Numbered from the stretch's first letter, positions 20,689 through 31,279 are shown. The stretch is 64,000 nt of DNA from Candidatus Moraniibacteriota bacterium (GCA_018061645.1 JAGOTT010000004.1:4784-68783), one strand, 5' to 3'. Numbers and translations are program-made. Notes: generated by a model not told the origin, from the sequence alone.

Positions 20689-21297
20689 CTACTCCAATAT
20701 TCCGTCCAGGTTCACATCATAAAGTATCTGTTCCGAAACGAGCCGGTATTTGACGATCTCATCCTCCGAAAGCCAGATAGCGATTTCTCGCTCCGCTTCT
20801 TCCGGTTTATCCGAACAATGGACGAGGTTGCGCACCGCACGATTATCGATGGACGAAAGTGCATACGAATCGACGGTCAGGTCACCGCGAAGCGTTCCGA
20901 CATCACTGGTCGCGGGCTCCGTTCCTCCGACAAGCTTCTTCACGATCGCGACGGACTGGTTCCCCTCGACGACCATCGCCAAAACCGGTCCGGAGGTGAA
21001 GAAGTTCACGTTCGCACGGATGATATCCTTGCCATATTCGATCGCCTCCTTCTCGACCGGAAGGCCCTGCGCTTCGCGATCACCGACGATCCGGTTCCCT
21101 TTCGAGAGAAACCATTCGTCATCCTTCGCGTAGTGCGCCCAACACTGATCCTCCTTCGGTACGAGAAACTTCATCGCCGAGATCTTGAGTCCCGTCCGTT
21201 CGATACGACGGATCACTTCGCCCATGAGCCCGCGCTGGACGCCGTCCGGTTTCACGATCACGAACGATCGCTCTTTTTTCGGATGCATGTTCGCCAT
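20689..21297 (-). CDS. ndk: nucleoside diphosphate kinase, long form with an internal insertion
   Basis: ERSFVIVKPDGVQRGLMGEVIRRIERTGLKISAMK. Start is at 21297 or 21288. Confidence 0.8.
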   Translation of the reverse strand: MANMHPKKERSFVIVKPDGVQRGLMGEVIRRIERTGLKISAMKFLVPKEDQCWAHYAKDDEWFLSKGNRIVGDREAQGLPVEKEAIEYGKDIIRANVNFFTSGPVLAMVVEGNQSVAIVKKLVGGTEPATSDVGTLRGDLTVDSYALSSIDNRAVRNLVHCSDKPEEAEREIAIWLSEDEIVKYRLVSEQILYDVNLDGILE

Positions 21298-21362
21298 AAT
21301 ATTCGCATTAAAAAAATCGCCCTCACTTACCGGAATACCACGAAAACACGGCATTGGCAAGT

Positions 21363-22217
21363 CTACCGTTCCGAAAAGACACACCGATTCTCATGCGCAA
21401 GACACCGGTACACGATATCCCCATCGATGTCGGTACGACGGACCGTCGCTCCGACGGCCGCGACACGGGAAAGCACGTCCGGCGACGGATGTCCATACTT
21501 GTTCTCCCCGACGGAAACAACTGCTTCCTCCGGACGGACACGGGATAGGAACAGGTCGCTCGAAGAATGCTTCGACCCGTGGTGCGCGAGCTTGAGTATT
21601 TCGGACGGCAGTGCTTCCGGGAGGAATAATTCTTCCCTCGGGAGATCTCCGGTCAGGAGGAAGTCCGTCTCACCGAAGGAGAACCGCGAGACGATACTTG
21701 TCTCATTGGACTCCCCCGCCACGTGTTCGCCGTCTTCCGGGAAAAGCGTCTCGAGACGCCCGCCTTTCGGAAGCGCGATCGAAAGACCGCGACGAGCGAC
21801 GATGCGTCCAGTATGCCCCTGTGACCCTTCAAGCGCACGCTCGAGAAGCGCGAACACCTCCGATTCCGATCGCACGGAGGTCGAGATATATGTGCCGACG
21901 CGATATCGTGAGAGAAGTTCCGGAAAACCACCGATGTGATCCGCATCCGGATGCGTGGCGACGACAGCCTCGATGGTCCGATCCCAGAACGGAATCTGCC
22001 GCGAGATTCCGGAAAGCAGTACCTTCCCGCTCCGCCCGCCGTCGATGAGGATCTGATTCCCTCCCTGCGAAATCAGGATCGCGTCCCCTTGTCCGACGTC
22101 GAGAAACACCACCTTCGTTTCCCTGGCATTCCTCCACGCGACATACGCAAATATTCCGCCGAGCAGAGCGGCGACAAGAAGTGAAACAAAAATGACCCGA
22201 AAGACCGCCTTTTTCAT
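21363..22217 (-). CDS. comEC: ComEC/Rec2 C-terminal metallo-beta-lactamase-domain protein (separate gene)
   Basis: TM start MKKAVFRVIFVSLLVAALL, then VVFLDVGQGDAILI...HPDADHIGG...LKLAHHGSKHSSS. The ATG at 22215-22217 overlaps the upstream stop as ATGA. Confidence 0.8.
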   Translation of the reverse strand: MKKAVFRVIFVSLLVAALLGGIFAYVAWRNARETKVVFLDVGQGDAILISQGGNQILIDGGRSGKVLLSGISRQIPFWDRTIEAVVATHPDADHIGGFPELLSRYRVGTYISTSVRSESEVFALLERALEGSQGHTGRIVARRGLSIALPKGGRLETLFPEDGEHVAGESNETSIVSRFSFGETDFLLTGDLPREELFLPEALPSEILKLAHHGSKHSSSDLFLSRVRPEEAVVSVGENKYGHPSPDVLSRVAAVGATVRRTDIDGDIVYRCLAHENRCVFSER

Positions 22218-23692
22218 ATCCTCATGATATCCGTATTCCGTTCCGGAAGAAACCCGCCTCTCCAGCGCGCGCGGATCATGATCGCCACAACAACACCGAG
22301 CACGCCATACCAGATGACCGCCTCCGTCCATCCGAAGTCCTGAAGTACTACATCCAACTCCTCGAAAGATGCCGCATACGCGGCGCCGGAGATTATGACA
22401 TGGAGCGACACATACGCCGGAAATCCGAAAACCGTGCCAAGCGTTCCGGATAGCATGCCGGCGACTCCGGCGAGAAACGAGAGGAGCATCGCTATCGGCA
22501 CAAGCGGAAGCAATATCGCGTTCGCGGGAAACGCGGCAAGGGAAAAATGTCCGAAGTTCGCGAAGATGATCGGCAGGATGAAGAGTTCGGCCGCGACCGT
22601 AAGCAGCAGCGCCTCGAGGAATATCTTCAGGAAAAACGGGATTCTTCGAAGGACACGACCAATCGGAGGTGACGCGAGGATGATTCCGGCGGTCGCTGCG
22701 AACGAAAGCAGGAATCCGAGATCGTGACGGATGATGAGCGGGTCGAAGGCGAGCATCACCGCCGCCGCGAAGAGGAGCGCATGGAACGATGCGTACCGTC
22801 GCCCGAAGAGCCATGCGAGGATAAGCGTCGACGCCATGCCGATCGCACGCACCGCGGACGGCGGCGCCCCCGAGACGAACACGAAGGCAAGCGTTCCGAA
22901 GAACGCGAAAATCGCCGCTTTCCGCCTCGGCAGAAAAAGCGCTATCCCGATAAGAAGCAGATACCCCGCGATGATGGAGATATTATACCCCGACACCGCC
23001 ACGACATGAGCGAGCCCTGCGGCACGGAAATCGTCCTTCGTTTCCGCCGGAAGGCGCCCGTCCCCGCCGAGCAGAAGCCCCGCCGCAAGACTCGACTCCG
23101 GCTCCGGCAACGCGCGCATAAGAGATTGTTCGAACCGGTCCGCGAATCGCATGAGCGCGATGGAAAGCGTACGATCCGTATCCCGCTTCTCCCACTCCGG
23201 TTTTTCACAGACAAAGCCGACGCCTCCCTTCGCGTGATACATCTGCCACTCTTCCTCCGGCAAGGAAAGCTCACAGAACAGCCTCCCCTTATCACCGAAG
23301 GAAACCGGCTCCGAAAGAGGGAAACGGACCAGAATCCTCTCTTCAGGACAAGACGTGCCTTCGCAGGATCGGAACGAGACTATCGCGTCCCGGGAAAAAT
23401 CCCTTGCCTCCGGGTTCCGGACGATTTCCACCTCACCGGACACCCGGCCGGTTTCCGGCAATCCGCGCCAATAGATCTCTTCTTCCCCCGCAATGAACCA
23501 TCCTGTCGAAAATGCAAATGCCAGAAAGAGAAAAATCGCCCCACGACGATCCGGCCATGCACCGAGCGCGGCGAAGCCAAGCGCGAACCCGAGGAGCGGA
23601 CCGACCGAGGAACCCCCATACGAAAACGTACCAAGCGCGATGCCCAGTACGAAAAGGATGAGAACGAGACGGAACACCGCGGAAACGGACAT
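22214..23692 (-). CDS. comEC: ComEC/Rec2 N-terminal competence (DUF4131 + Competence) membrane channel domain protein
   Basis: 492-aa polytopic protein with ...AGLAHVVAVSGYNISIIAG... Confidence 0.8.
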   Translation of the reverse strand: MSVSAVFRLVLILFVLGIALGTFSYGGSSVGPLLGFALGFAALGAWPDRRGAIFLFLAFAFSTGWFIAGEEEIYWRGLPETGRVSGEVEIVRNPEARDFSRDAIVSFRSCEGTSCPEERILVRFPLSEPVSFGDKGRLFCELSLPEEEWQMYHAKGGVGFVCEKPEWEKRDTDRTLSIALMRFADRFEQSLMRALPEPESSLAAGLLLGGDGRLPAETKDDFRAAGLAHVVAVSGYNISIIAGYLLLIGIALFLPRRKAAIFAFFGTLAFVFVSGAPPSAVRAIGMASTLILAWLFGRRYASFHALLFAAAVMLAFDPLIIRHDLGFLLSFAATAGIILASPPIGRVLRRIPFFLKIFLEALLLTVAAELFILPIIFANFGHFSLAAFPANAILLPLVPIAMLLSFLAGVAGMLSGTLGTVFGFPAYVSLHVIISGAAYAASFEELDVVLQDFGWTEAVIWYGVLGVVVAIMIRARWRGGFLPERNTDIMRI

Positions 23693-23696
23693 ATGC

Positions 23697-24143
23697 CTAT
23701 TCGAGATTCTCGATGGCTTTCTGAAAACTCTTCGCGCTTCCGAAGGACTTGTACACGCTCACGAACCGGAGATACGCGACCTCGTCGGCCGCCTTGAGTT
23801 TTTCCAGGATGAGATCGCCGATTTCCTTGCTCGTGATTTCCGGGACGTGCTTCGCGTGGAGTGCATACTCCACCTCGCCCAGGATCTTCTCCGCCTTCTC
23901 CTCGCCTCCCGGCCGCTTCTCCAAGGCACGCTCGAGTCCGGCTTCGATCTTCTTCCGGTCGTACTCCTCGTGCCGACCGTCCTTCTTGATGACGGAGAGC
24001 TTGAACATCTCCGCCTCCTCGTACGTGCTGAACCGCACCGCGCACTGCTCGCACTCACGCCGCCTGCGTATCGAAAAACCATCCTTCGTCTCTCGCGAAT
24101 CGACGACCTTGGTCTCGGTATGGCTGCAGTACGGACACCTCAT
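23697..24143 (-). CDS. nrdR: transcriptional repressor NrdR
   Basis: MRCPYCSHTETKVVDSRE zinc ribbon plus ATP-cone. Trimmed to the ATG at 24143. Confidence 0.9.
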   Translation of the reverse strand: MRCPYCSHTETKVVDSRETKDGFSIRRRRECEQCAVRFSTYEEAEMFKLSVIKKDGRHEEYDRKKIEAGLERALEKRPGGEEKAEKILGEVEYALHAKHVPEITSKEIGDLILEKLKAADEVAYLRFVSVYKSFGSAKSFQKAIENLE

Positions 24144-24352
24144 ATTCGAAGCTCGAATTTCTAAGTTCCAATCTCTAATTTCCAAATAATTTTCAATGAT
24201 TCGATTTCGAAATTTTAAAATTAAGAAATCCGGTCATTGTTTGAAAATTGAAAATGAGAAATTGAAAATTCCTTCCACACATCCACTCTATACCCGAGCA
24301 CCCCGATTTGTCCAATAAAAAATCGCCCTTTTCGGACGATTTCCAGAAAATG

Positions 24353-25609
24353 CTATTTCTTCATTTTCCGACGGATGAAGGCCGGGATTTCGAGGTCGTC
24401 CTGCTCCTCGACGAGCTCCTTCGAATCGGCACGGAGTGAAACCGGGCGCGGCTGGATCTTCTCCTCGATGATCATCTGCGGTTTCTCTATGACACGACGG
24501 GTGCTCTCAAAGGCATCGCGCGAGAATTCCTCTTCCAGTTCCTCCGGCTGCTGTCGAGGCTGCTCCTGTTGCCGTGATTCCGCTTCCATAGCTCTCGCCA
24601 CGGTCATGCTCGGTACGCGGGTCACGAGTCCGACCGGCGACTCCTTCGTCCGACCGGCATCGAATCCGGTCGCGACGACGGTGATCTGGATCTCGCCCTT
24701 GCGGATCTGGTCATCGACCACCGCGCCGAAGATGACCTTCGCATTCGGATCGATGCTTTCGGTGATAATGTTCGCGGCCTCATTGATTTCGAGCATACCG
24801 AGATCGGACGAGCCGGACACGTTGATAAGCACACCCTTCGCACCGTCGATGGACAGTTCGAGGAGTGGGCTGTTGATCGCAGCTTTCGCCGCCTCCGCCG
24901 CGCGGTCGTCACCGGATGCGATACCGATACCCATGAGCGCGGACCCACTGTCCTCCATGACCGCACGGACATCCGCGAAGTCGACGTTCACGATACCGGG
25001 CTTGGTAATGAGGTCGGAGATGCCCTGCACGCCTTGCCGCAGGACGTCGTCCACGATACGGAACGCGCTGACGAGCGTCGTCTTCTTGTCGATGATGGTG
25101 AGCAGCTTGTCGTTCGGGATGGTGATGAGCGAATCGACGCGGTCGCGGAGATTCGCGAGTCCCTCCTCGGCGATCGCTCGCCGCTGCGCTCCTTCGAACG
25201 CGAACGGCTTCGTCACGACGCCGATGGTAAGCGCGCCGAGTTCCTTCGCCGTTTCCGCGACGATTGGAGCCGCACCGGTACCGGTGCCGCCACCGAGACC
25301 GCATGCCACGAAGACCATGTCGGCGCCCTTGAGCACCTCCTGGATCTCGTCACGATTCTCTTCCGCCGCCTGCCGTCCGATTTCCGGATTCATTCCGGCG
25401 CCGAGCCCCTTGGTGAGGTTTTTCCCGATATGGACCTTCTCGGCGGCGCGCGAATGATGGAGTGCCTGCGCATCGGTGTTGATCGCGACAAACTCCACGC
25501 CCTTGATCTTCGAATCGATCATGCGCGAAATGGCGTTGTTCCCCGATCCGCCGACCCCGACAACCTTGATCTTGGCGAATGTTTCTATGTCGGGCTTTAT
25601 TTCGGCCAT
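24353..25609 (-). CDS. ftsZ: cell division protein FtsZ
   Basis: [11 protein letters not shown]...[10 protein letters not shown]. Confidence 0.95.
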   Translation of the reverse strand: MAEIKPDIETFAKIKVVGVGGSGNNAISRMIDSKIKGVEFVAINTDAQALHHSRAAEKVHIGKNLTKGLGAGMNPEIGRQAAEENRDEIQEVLKGADMVFVACGLGGGTGTGAAPIVAETAKELGALTIGVVTKPFAFEGAQRRAIAEEGLANLRDRVDSLITIPNDKLLTIIDKKTTLVSAFRIVDDVLRQGVQGISDLITKPGIVNVDFADVRAVMEDSGSALMGIGIASGDDRAAEAAKAAINSPLLELSIDGAKGVLINVSGSSDLGMLEINEAANIITESIDPNAKVIFGAVVDDQIRKGEIQITVVATGFDAGRTKESPVGLVTRVPSMTVARAMEAESRQQEQPRQQPEELEEEFSRDAFESTRRVIEKPQMIIEEKIQPRPVSLRADSKELVEEQDDLEIPAFIRRKMKK

Positions 25610-25732
25610 ACGAGTGGTTCTAAAAAAGATAAATTCGGAAACGCCTGAAAGGGAATTTTTCTTTTTGAAATATCACTCTAGCACGTGGAAAAAGCGCGTG
25701 TCAAGCGGTTTTTTGTATTTGTTCCGATATCC

Positions 25733-26998
25733 TTAATCCATCGGAAGAAAGCGCTTAAGCCACTCCTTCGTCCGTTTTCCGGCTTTCTTCACCCATTCCG
25801 GGACGACCCGCTCGGTACCGGCTTCGAAGAATCCGCCTCCGGACCGCGATCGATCTCGCGAAAGAAGAACCAATCCGAGTGCGGTGGCGAAGTCGGGACC
25901 ATCTACCTGATCGAGTATCCCGCCCTGCGGTTTCGGATAGCCGATATGAGAGGGGAGACGGAGGATATCTTTCGCAAGATCGACCGCCCCCGGAAGCAGG
26001 GCGCCGCCACCGGTCAGAACCGCGCCGGCCGGAAGCAGCCCTTCCTTTCCGGCCTTTCGAAGCTCCTCATTCACGAGACGGAATATCTCATCGAGCCGCG
26101 CTTCGATGATTTCCGAAACGTGGTGTCGCGATACGAATTCCGTTTCCTGCGAATCAATGGAGGAGAGGTCTATGTCCTCCTTTTTTCCGACCTCACGAGG
26201 AAGAGCGCTTCCGTAACGGATCTTCACCGCTTCCGCGGTCTCGACCGATGTACGGAGACCGATCGCGATATCGTTCGTGATATGTGCCCCGCCGACCGGA
26301 AGCACGGACAGGTGAACGAGCTCGCCTTCCTCGAAAACGACGGTGGAGGTCATGCTCCCGCCGATATTCACCAGAACGACACCGAGCTCTTTTTCCTTGG
26401 CGGAGAGCACGGCTTCGGCGGCCGCGATGGGCTCAACGGCATAGAAATCCGGGCTCATCCCGGCATGCTCGAATATCCTTTGGACCCCCTTCATCTGCCC
26501 CGTGGTCGTCCCCACGACGAACGCCTCGGCCTCGAGACGGACACCGCGCATGCCGATCGGATCCTTGAGATCCTTCTGATCGTCGAGGCGATAATCCTTC
26601 GGGATGACATGCAGGACTTCCCGGTTCGCCGGAAGCATGACGCGAGCCTCCACTTCGGCCATGGCACGTTCCACATCCTCTTCCGTCACTTCGCCATCGG
26701 CCCGACCGACGGCGATGACGCCGATCGCTTTCTGACAGAAGATTTCGGTGCCGGACACGCCGATACCGATCACGTTCGATGCCACGCCGGACATGCGTTC
26801 CGCATGCGCCACGGCTTTCGCTACGGTTTTCGCGACCGCCTCGGCATCCGTCACCGCCCCGCGGCGCATTCCCTCCGCAGGAAGAACGATCGCACCGAGA
26901 ATACGCAATGTCTCCTCCCCTGAAACTTCCTGCGCCATCACGGCGCGGACAGAGAAAGACCCGATGTCTATTCCGAGATAATTTTCCGTTTTCGGCAT
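25733..26998 (-). CDS. ftsA: cell division protein FtsA
   Basis: Actin-like ATPase, GIDIGSFSVRAV..., located upstream of ftsZ. Confidence 0.9.
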   Translation of the reverse strand: MPKTENYLGIDIGSFSVRAVMAQEVSGEETLRILGAIVLPAEGMRRGAVTDAEAVAKTVAKAVAHAERMSGVASNVIGIGVSGTEIFCQKAIGVIAVGRADGEVTEEDVERAMAEVEARVMLPANREVLHVIPKDYRLDDQKDLKDPIGMRGVRLEAEAFVVGTTTGQMKGVQRIFEHAGMSPDFYAVEPIAAAEAVLSAKEKELGVVLVNIGGSMTSTVVFEEGELVHLSVLPVGGAHITNDIAIGLRTSVETAEAVKIRYGSALPREVGKKEDIDLSSIDSQETEFVSRHHVSEIIEARLDEIFRLVNEELRKAGKEGLLPAGAVLTGGGALLPGAVDLAKDILRLPSHIGYPKPQGGILDQVDGPDFATALGLVLLSRDRSRSGGGFFEAGTERVVPEWVKKAGKRTKEWLKRFLPMD

Positions 26999-27150
26999 AC
27001 CGAGAAAATCCGATGGCTCCTCCGTCGGGGCAGGCTTGTCTTATGCGGATTATTATAACCCGGAATCACCGAAGGCGCAAAGAATCGGAAAGACCGAAAA
27101 CGAAAGTTTTCGGTCGATATGAAGAAAGGAATGCTTCTTGTCGCGAATCA

Positions 27151-27516
27151 CTACTGTCCGAAGAGGAGATCCGCGATATGCGGAAGAAAGATGGCAGCAC
27201 CGACGAGCGCGGCGAGAAGCGACGCGATGAGTACCGCGCCGGCGGAAAGATCCTTCACCGCCTTGGCATACGGGTGCAACCCCGGCTTGAGCATATCCAT
27301 CACCCGCTCGCAGGCGGTATTAAGGAGCTCCATCGGCAGTACGAGCGCGATGACGAGAAAGATGGCCGCACGTTCCGCGGACGAAAGCGGAAGCGCGAAG
27401 GACAACGCGACCGCAAGCACGGCAAGCGCGAGTTCGATCTGAAAATTCCGCTCCCGAAAAAATGCGTATCGGACACCGCGAACCGCGTGCCGAAGACTGC
27501 CGATGAATGTTCTCAT
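27151..27516 (-). CDS. dgkA: diacylglycerol/undecaprenol kinase family protein
   Basis: 121 aa, three TM helices, ...LPMELLNTACERVMD... Confidence 0.75.
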   Translation of the reverse strand: MRTFIGSLRHAVRGVRYAFFRERNFQIELALAVLAVALSFALPLSSAERAAIFLVIALVLPMELLNTACERVMDMLKPGLHPYAKAVKDLSAGAVLIASLLAALVGAAIFLPHIADLLFGQ

Positions 27517-27989
27517 AGATTCTTCGTTTGTTTCATAATACCCGATGCGTCGCCATACGTCGAGGCGACCGCTTCCTGCATCGAAAACATCTTCCGTCCA
27601 TGACGATACCCGAGCAGATGGAACACTCCATGAGAAAAGATGAACGCCATCTCCGTCTCAAAGGATACGCCGTCCTCCTCCGCCGCCAGACGGATATATG
27701 ACGGGTCGAGTACGAGGTCTCCAATCTCGACGCGCCCGTCAGAAGCGGCGATGCCAGCTCTCTTCGGGAATCCGGGGAAGGAAAGGACGTCGGTCGGTCG
27801 GTCTTTCTTCCGGTACGTCCGATTCAACGCCCGGATCTCGTCTCCGGAAAGGAGTGCCACGCCGATGCCGACCGTCGCGTCCGTAGCCGACAAAAAGGAA
27901 AGGCGGAGCGCCTCTCCCGCCACGTCCGTGAAGAACCGTCTGGGGAGTCCGCATTCCGCCTTTCTTGATATCGAAAGCTCGACCTTCAT
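27513..27989 (-). CDS. ybeY: rRNA maturation endoribonuclease YbeY
   Basis: HGVFHLLGYRH metal-binding motif. Confidence 0.85.
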   Translation of the reverse strand: MKVELSISRKAECGLPRRFFTDVAGEALRLSFLSATDATVGIGVALLSGDEIRALNRTYRKKDRPTDVLSFPGFPKRAGIAASDGRVEIGDLVLDPSYIRLAAEEDGVSFETEMAFIFSHGVFHLLGYRHGRKMFSMQEAVASTYGDASGIMKQTKNL

Positions 27990-27995
27990 ACCGGA

Positions 27996-28448
27996 TCAGA
28001 CCAAAGCTTCCTCGACGAGAGCCTTCACGATGTTGCCGTCGGCGCGCCCCGCGATTTTCTTCGCTGTCGCACCCATAAGCTTCCCGAAGTCCGCCTTCGA
28101 AGACGCCCCGGTCTCGGCCTTCGCTTCCGCGATGACCTGACGGATGTCCGCCTCCGGCATCGCCGCAGGAAGATACTCCGTGATCAGCGCGAGCTCCGCC
28201 TCCTCCTGGGAAGCGAGATCCTCGCGACCGCCGGCCCGATAGCTCTCCGCGCTTTCGCGGCGCTGTTTCGAGAGTCTCCGCAGCACGGCGACGACTTCCT
28301 GATCGGAAAGCTCCGTGACGGGCTTGCGCTTCTCGATCGCCTCGTTCTTGAGCGCACTCTCAAGGAGACGGATGGTATCCCGCCGCACCGCATCACCAGC
28401 CTTCATGGCGTCCTTCAGGTCGCCATGTATGGTTTCGTAGAGAGCCAT
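27996..28448 (-). CDS. GatB/YqeY domain protein
   Basis: 150 aa with a YqeY-like N-terminus MALYETIHGDLKDAMKAGD. Confidence 0.7.
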   Translation of the reverse strand: MALYETIHGDLKDAMKAGDAVRRDTIRLLESALKNEAIEKRKPVTELSDQEVVAVLRRLSKQRRESAESYRAGGREDLASQEEAELALITEYLPAAMPEADIRQVIAEAKAETGASSKADFGKLMGATAKKIAGRADGNIVKALVEEALV

Positions 28449-28459
28449 AGGGAATTTTC

Positions 28460-28711
28460 TTACCGGAGTTTCTTCTTGATGTCCTTGAGCGATTCGTCAT
28501 CGAACTTCCCGAATTTCTTGAGCCGGGTGATTTCCTTGCGGATCTTGGTCTTGTAGAGGGCTTCGTCACGACGCTTTCCCTTGCTCTGCTCTTCCTGACG
28601 GAAACGACGCTTGCGCGCTTTCTTGAGCACGCCGCTCTGTTGGACGCGCCGCGAAAAACGGCGGATCATTCCTTCTGCCGTCTCTTTTTCCTTTCGTTTC
28701 ACCTGTATCAT
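28460..28711 (-). CDS. rpsU: 30S ribosomal protein S21, with basic C-terminal extension
   Basis: MIQVKRKEKETAEGMIRRFSRRVQQSGVLKKARKRRF... Confidence 0.8.
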   Translation of the reverse strand: MIQVKRKEKETAEGMIRRFSRRVQQSGVLKKARKRRFRQEEQSKGKRRDEALYKTKIRKEITRLKKFGKFDDESLKDIKKKLR

Positions 28712-28737
28712 GATACCAACCTCCTTTCCTAGAATCC

Positions 28738-29085
28738 TTATAGGGGATGTATATTCTCCGAAAGCCTCGCGCCTCCGATCAGATGGAGATGGATATGCGG
28801 AATTTCCTGTCCGCCATGCTCCCCGACCCGAAACAGGAGTTTATACCCTTTCTCCGAAATGTTCAAGTTCCTGGCGATATCGCGTGCGGCAAGGAACATG
28901 TTCCCCACGAGCAGCGCATCCTCGTCCGACAGGTCGCCGATCGTCGCGATCCGCTTCTTCGGAATGATGAGGACGTGCACCGGAGCGAGCGGATGGATGT
29001 CCCGGAACGCAAGAATCTCCTCTGTCTCTAATACGATATCCGCAGGGATTTCCTTTCGGATGATCTTGTCGAAAACCGTTTCCAT
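28738..29085 (-). CDS. HIT-family nucleotide hydrolase
   Basis: HIHLHLIGG histidine-triad motif. Confidence 0.85.
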   Translation of the reverse strand: METVFDKIIRKEIPADIVLETEEILAFRDIHPLAPVHVLIIPKKRIATIGDLSDEDALLVGNMFLAARDIARNLNISEKGYKLLFRVGEHGGQEIPHIHLHLIGGARLSENIHPL

Positions 29086-29096
29086 ATGAAGATCCG

Positions 29097-30536
29097 CTAA
29101 TCCTCCTGCATCTTCGGAATGGGCGGGTGCGAGAGAAGGGCGTTCGATTTCAGGATTTTTTTCACCGCGTCCGTCAGCCTCTCCTGCGTCACCGTTTCCT
29201 GCGTCCCGGATACCATGTCCTTCACGATCGCGGTTCCATCGAGCGCTTCCTTCTGTCCGAGTATGAGCGTCACTTCGACGCCGAGACGGCTCGCGACACG
29301 GAGCTGCGCCTTGAGACTCCCGCGCCCGAAACTTTCTGCCACCAGGATACCATGCTTTTCGAGCTCGGAAAACAGCCGGAGACTCTTCTTCTTCGCGAGA
29401 TCGCCGAGCTGCGCGAGAAAGACTCTCGGTTTCGACATCTCATAGGGCTTGACTTGCATCCGCTTCATCTCGAGTACGATCCGGTCGAGACCGAGACCGA
29501 ACCCGATCGCCGGCGTCGGTTCGCCGCCGAGCTCCTGGATGAGGTTATCATACCGGCCGCCGCCGCCCAGGGCATACTTCTTCCCCTCCCGGTCGGACGA
29601 CCAGATCTCGAATACGGTTCTCGTGTAGTAGTCGAGTCCGCGGACAAGGCGGGGATTGATCGCGTATGGCAGCTCGAGCTCGTCGAGGTATTCGAGGAGT
29701 GATTTGAAGTGCGCGCGGGATTCGTCGTCGAGGAAGTCGATCGCCTGCGGCGCGGTCGAGGTGAGCTGCACGCACTTGTCCTCCTTGCAGTCGAGGATAC
29801 GGAGCGGGTTCGTCTCGAGCCGATCGCGACAGACCTGGCAGAGTTTCTGTTTCTGCGACTCAAGGAACCGGACGAGCGCCTTCTCGTACCGCTTGCGCGA
29901 TTCAGGAACGCCTATGGAGTTCACCTGGAATTCGATATCCTTGAGTCCGAGTTCGCGGACGACACGGTAGGCGAGTTGCATGACCTGCGCGTCGAGTATC
30001 GGATCGCTCTCGCCGAACACATCGAAGTTTCCCTGCCAGAGTTCGCGATACCGGCCCTCTTGCGGACGATCGTACCGGAAGACCGGCCCCGTCGAAAACA
30101 GCCTGATCGGTTTCGGGAGCACGCTCATCCCGTGCTGGATATACGCACGTGCCACCCCGGCCGTGAACTCCGGTCGGAGCGCGACACGGTCACCGCCACG
30201 GGTCTGGAACGAATAGATTTCCTTGTCGATGATGTCGGTTCCTTCCTTGATCGAACGGATGAAGAGATGGAGATACTCGACCGTCGGCGTATCGATACGC
30301 TGGAATCCATACTCCTGCGCCGCGGTCGAAAGACTCCGGCGCACGCGCTCCCAGTACGGCTGCTCATCGGGCAAGATGTCGCGCATCCCCCGGAGCGACT
30401 GGAGCAGAAGTTCGGTTTCCGAAACCGGCGCCTTCGCGACGATCTTCGACTGGACTTTCTTCGCCGCCTTCGGAGCGGACACCTTCTTCACCGGAGATAC
30501 CGACTTCTTCGCCGCCGCCTGTTTCTTCTGCGCCAT
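29097..30536 (-). CDS. hisS: histidyl-tRNA synthetase with a roughly 45-aa Lys/Ala-rich N-terminal tail
   Basis: LRGMRDILPDE...class II motifs. No ATG lies between the tail and the catalytic core. Earliest ATG is 30534-30536 (MAQKKQAAAKKSVSPVKKVSAPKAAKKVQSKIVAK...). Confidence 0.85.
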   Translation of the reverse strand: MAQKKQAAAKKSVSPVKKVSAPKAAKKVQSKIVAKAPVSETELLLQSLRGMRDILPDEQPYWERVRRSLSTAAQEYGFQRIDTPTVEYLHLFIRSIKEGTDIIDKEIYSFQTRGGDRVALRPEFTAGVARAYIQHGMSVLPKPIRLFSTGPVFRYDRPQEGRYRELWQGNFDVFGESDPILDAQVMQLAYRVVRELGLKDIEFQVNSIGVPESRKRYEKALVRFLESQKQKLCQVCRDRLETNPLRILDCKEDKCVQLTSTAPQAIDFLDDESRAHFKSLLEYLDELELPYAINPRLVRGLDYYTRTVFEIWSSDREGKKYALGGGGRYDNLIQELGGEPTPAIGFGLGLDRIVLEMKRMQVKPYEMSKPRVFLAQLGDLAKKKSLRLFSELEKHGILVAESFGRGSLKAQLRVASRLGVEVTLILGQKEALDGTAIVKDMVSGTQETVTQERLTDAVKKILKSNALLSHPPIPKMQED

Positions 30537-30574
30537 AGTATTGGACTTTACGAACTTGAAAAACTTGATGGGCA

Positions 30575-31279
30575 TCAATACCACTCCGCTCTCGAAACCG
30601 GCCACGCCCGGATGAGGACACGCCCCATGATGGCACCCTCCTTTATCGGACCGAACATACGCGAGTCATGACTGTGCGACCGGTTGTCCCCGAGAACGAA
30701 ATACTCGTCCGGACCAAGCGTGACGGCGGATTTCATCCCGTTCCTGTCCGTAACGACCGATTTCCCGAGATACGCCGATTCATCGAGTACGAACCCTTCG
30801 GGATGCGTCGCGTTCGCGATCATCACTTTCGAGTTCTCGATCCTCACGCTTTCACCAGGCAATCCGATGACGCGTTTTATGAGATACTGACCCTCGTGCT
30901 GAGGCGAACGGAATACGATCGGCTCCTGCCTTGAAAGACTCCGGAACGGCGAAACCGTGAAGAGGTCATGACCGGCGAAACCGACTTCGGTCCGCTTGTA
31001 CCCGAATTCGTTCACCACGAGATACTCCCCGTCCTCGAAATTCGGCTGCATACTCTGTCCCTGCACGAAGAAGGGTTGGAAGAGAAAGACGCGAACAGGT
31101 ATAATAACGACGGCAGCCAAAACGAATACTTTCACCATCTCAAGAAAGAATTGGCCCGCCGTGAGGGAATCCTCCTCGTCCGAACTCGCCCGCCTGTCTG
31201 CGGCATCACCCGGATCGACACCGTCGTCGTTTGGAAACATATGAAAAATGCCTGATATGAAGCGAAACAGTCCCATCAT
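30575..31279 (-). CDS. lepB: signal peptidase I (start uncertain)
   Basis: TM anchor, then GQSM...GDNRSHSHDSRMFGPI. Candidate ATGs are at 31279, 31276, 31240 and 31138. Confidence 0.7.
   Translation of the reverse strand: MMGLFRFISGIFHMFPNDDGVDPGDAADRRASSDEEDSLTAGQFFLEMVKVFVLAAVVIIPVRVFLFQPFFVQGQSMQPNFEDGEYLVVNEFGYKRTEVGFAGHDLFTVSPFRSLSRQEPIVFRSPQHEGQYLIKRVIGLPGESVRIENSKVMIANATHPEGFVLDESAYLGKSVVTDRNGMKSAVTLGPDEYFVLGDNRSHSHDSRMFGPIKEGAIMGRVLIRAWPVSRAEWY

Noticed and set aside
24186-24352. CRISPR-like array from GAAAATTGAAAAT repeats (similarly 59250-59338)
   Set aside because: The units are 10-13 nt, degenerate, AT-only, and lack regular 25-40-nt repeat/spacer periodicity. They are interpreted as promoter/UP-element tracts.
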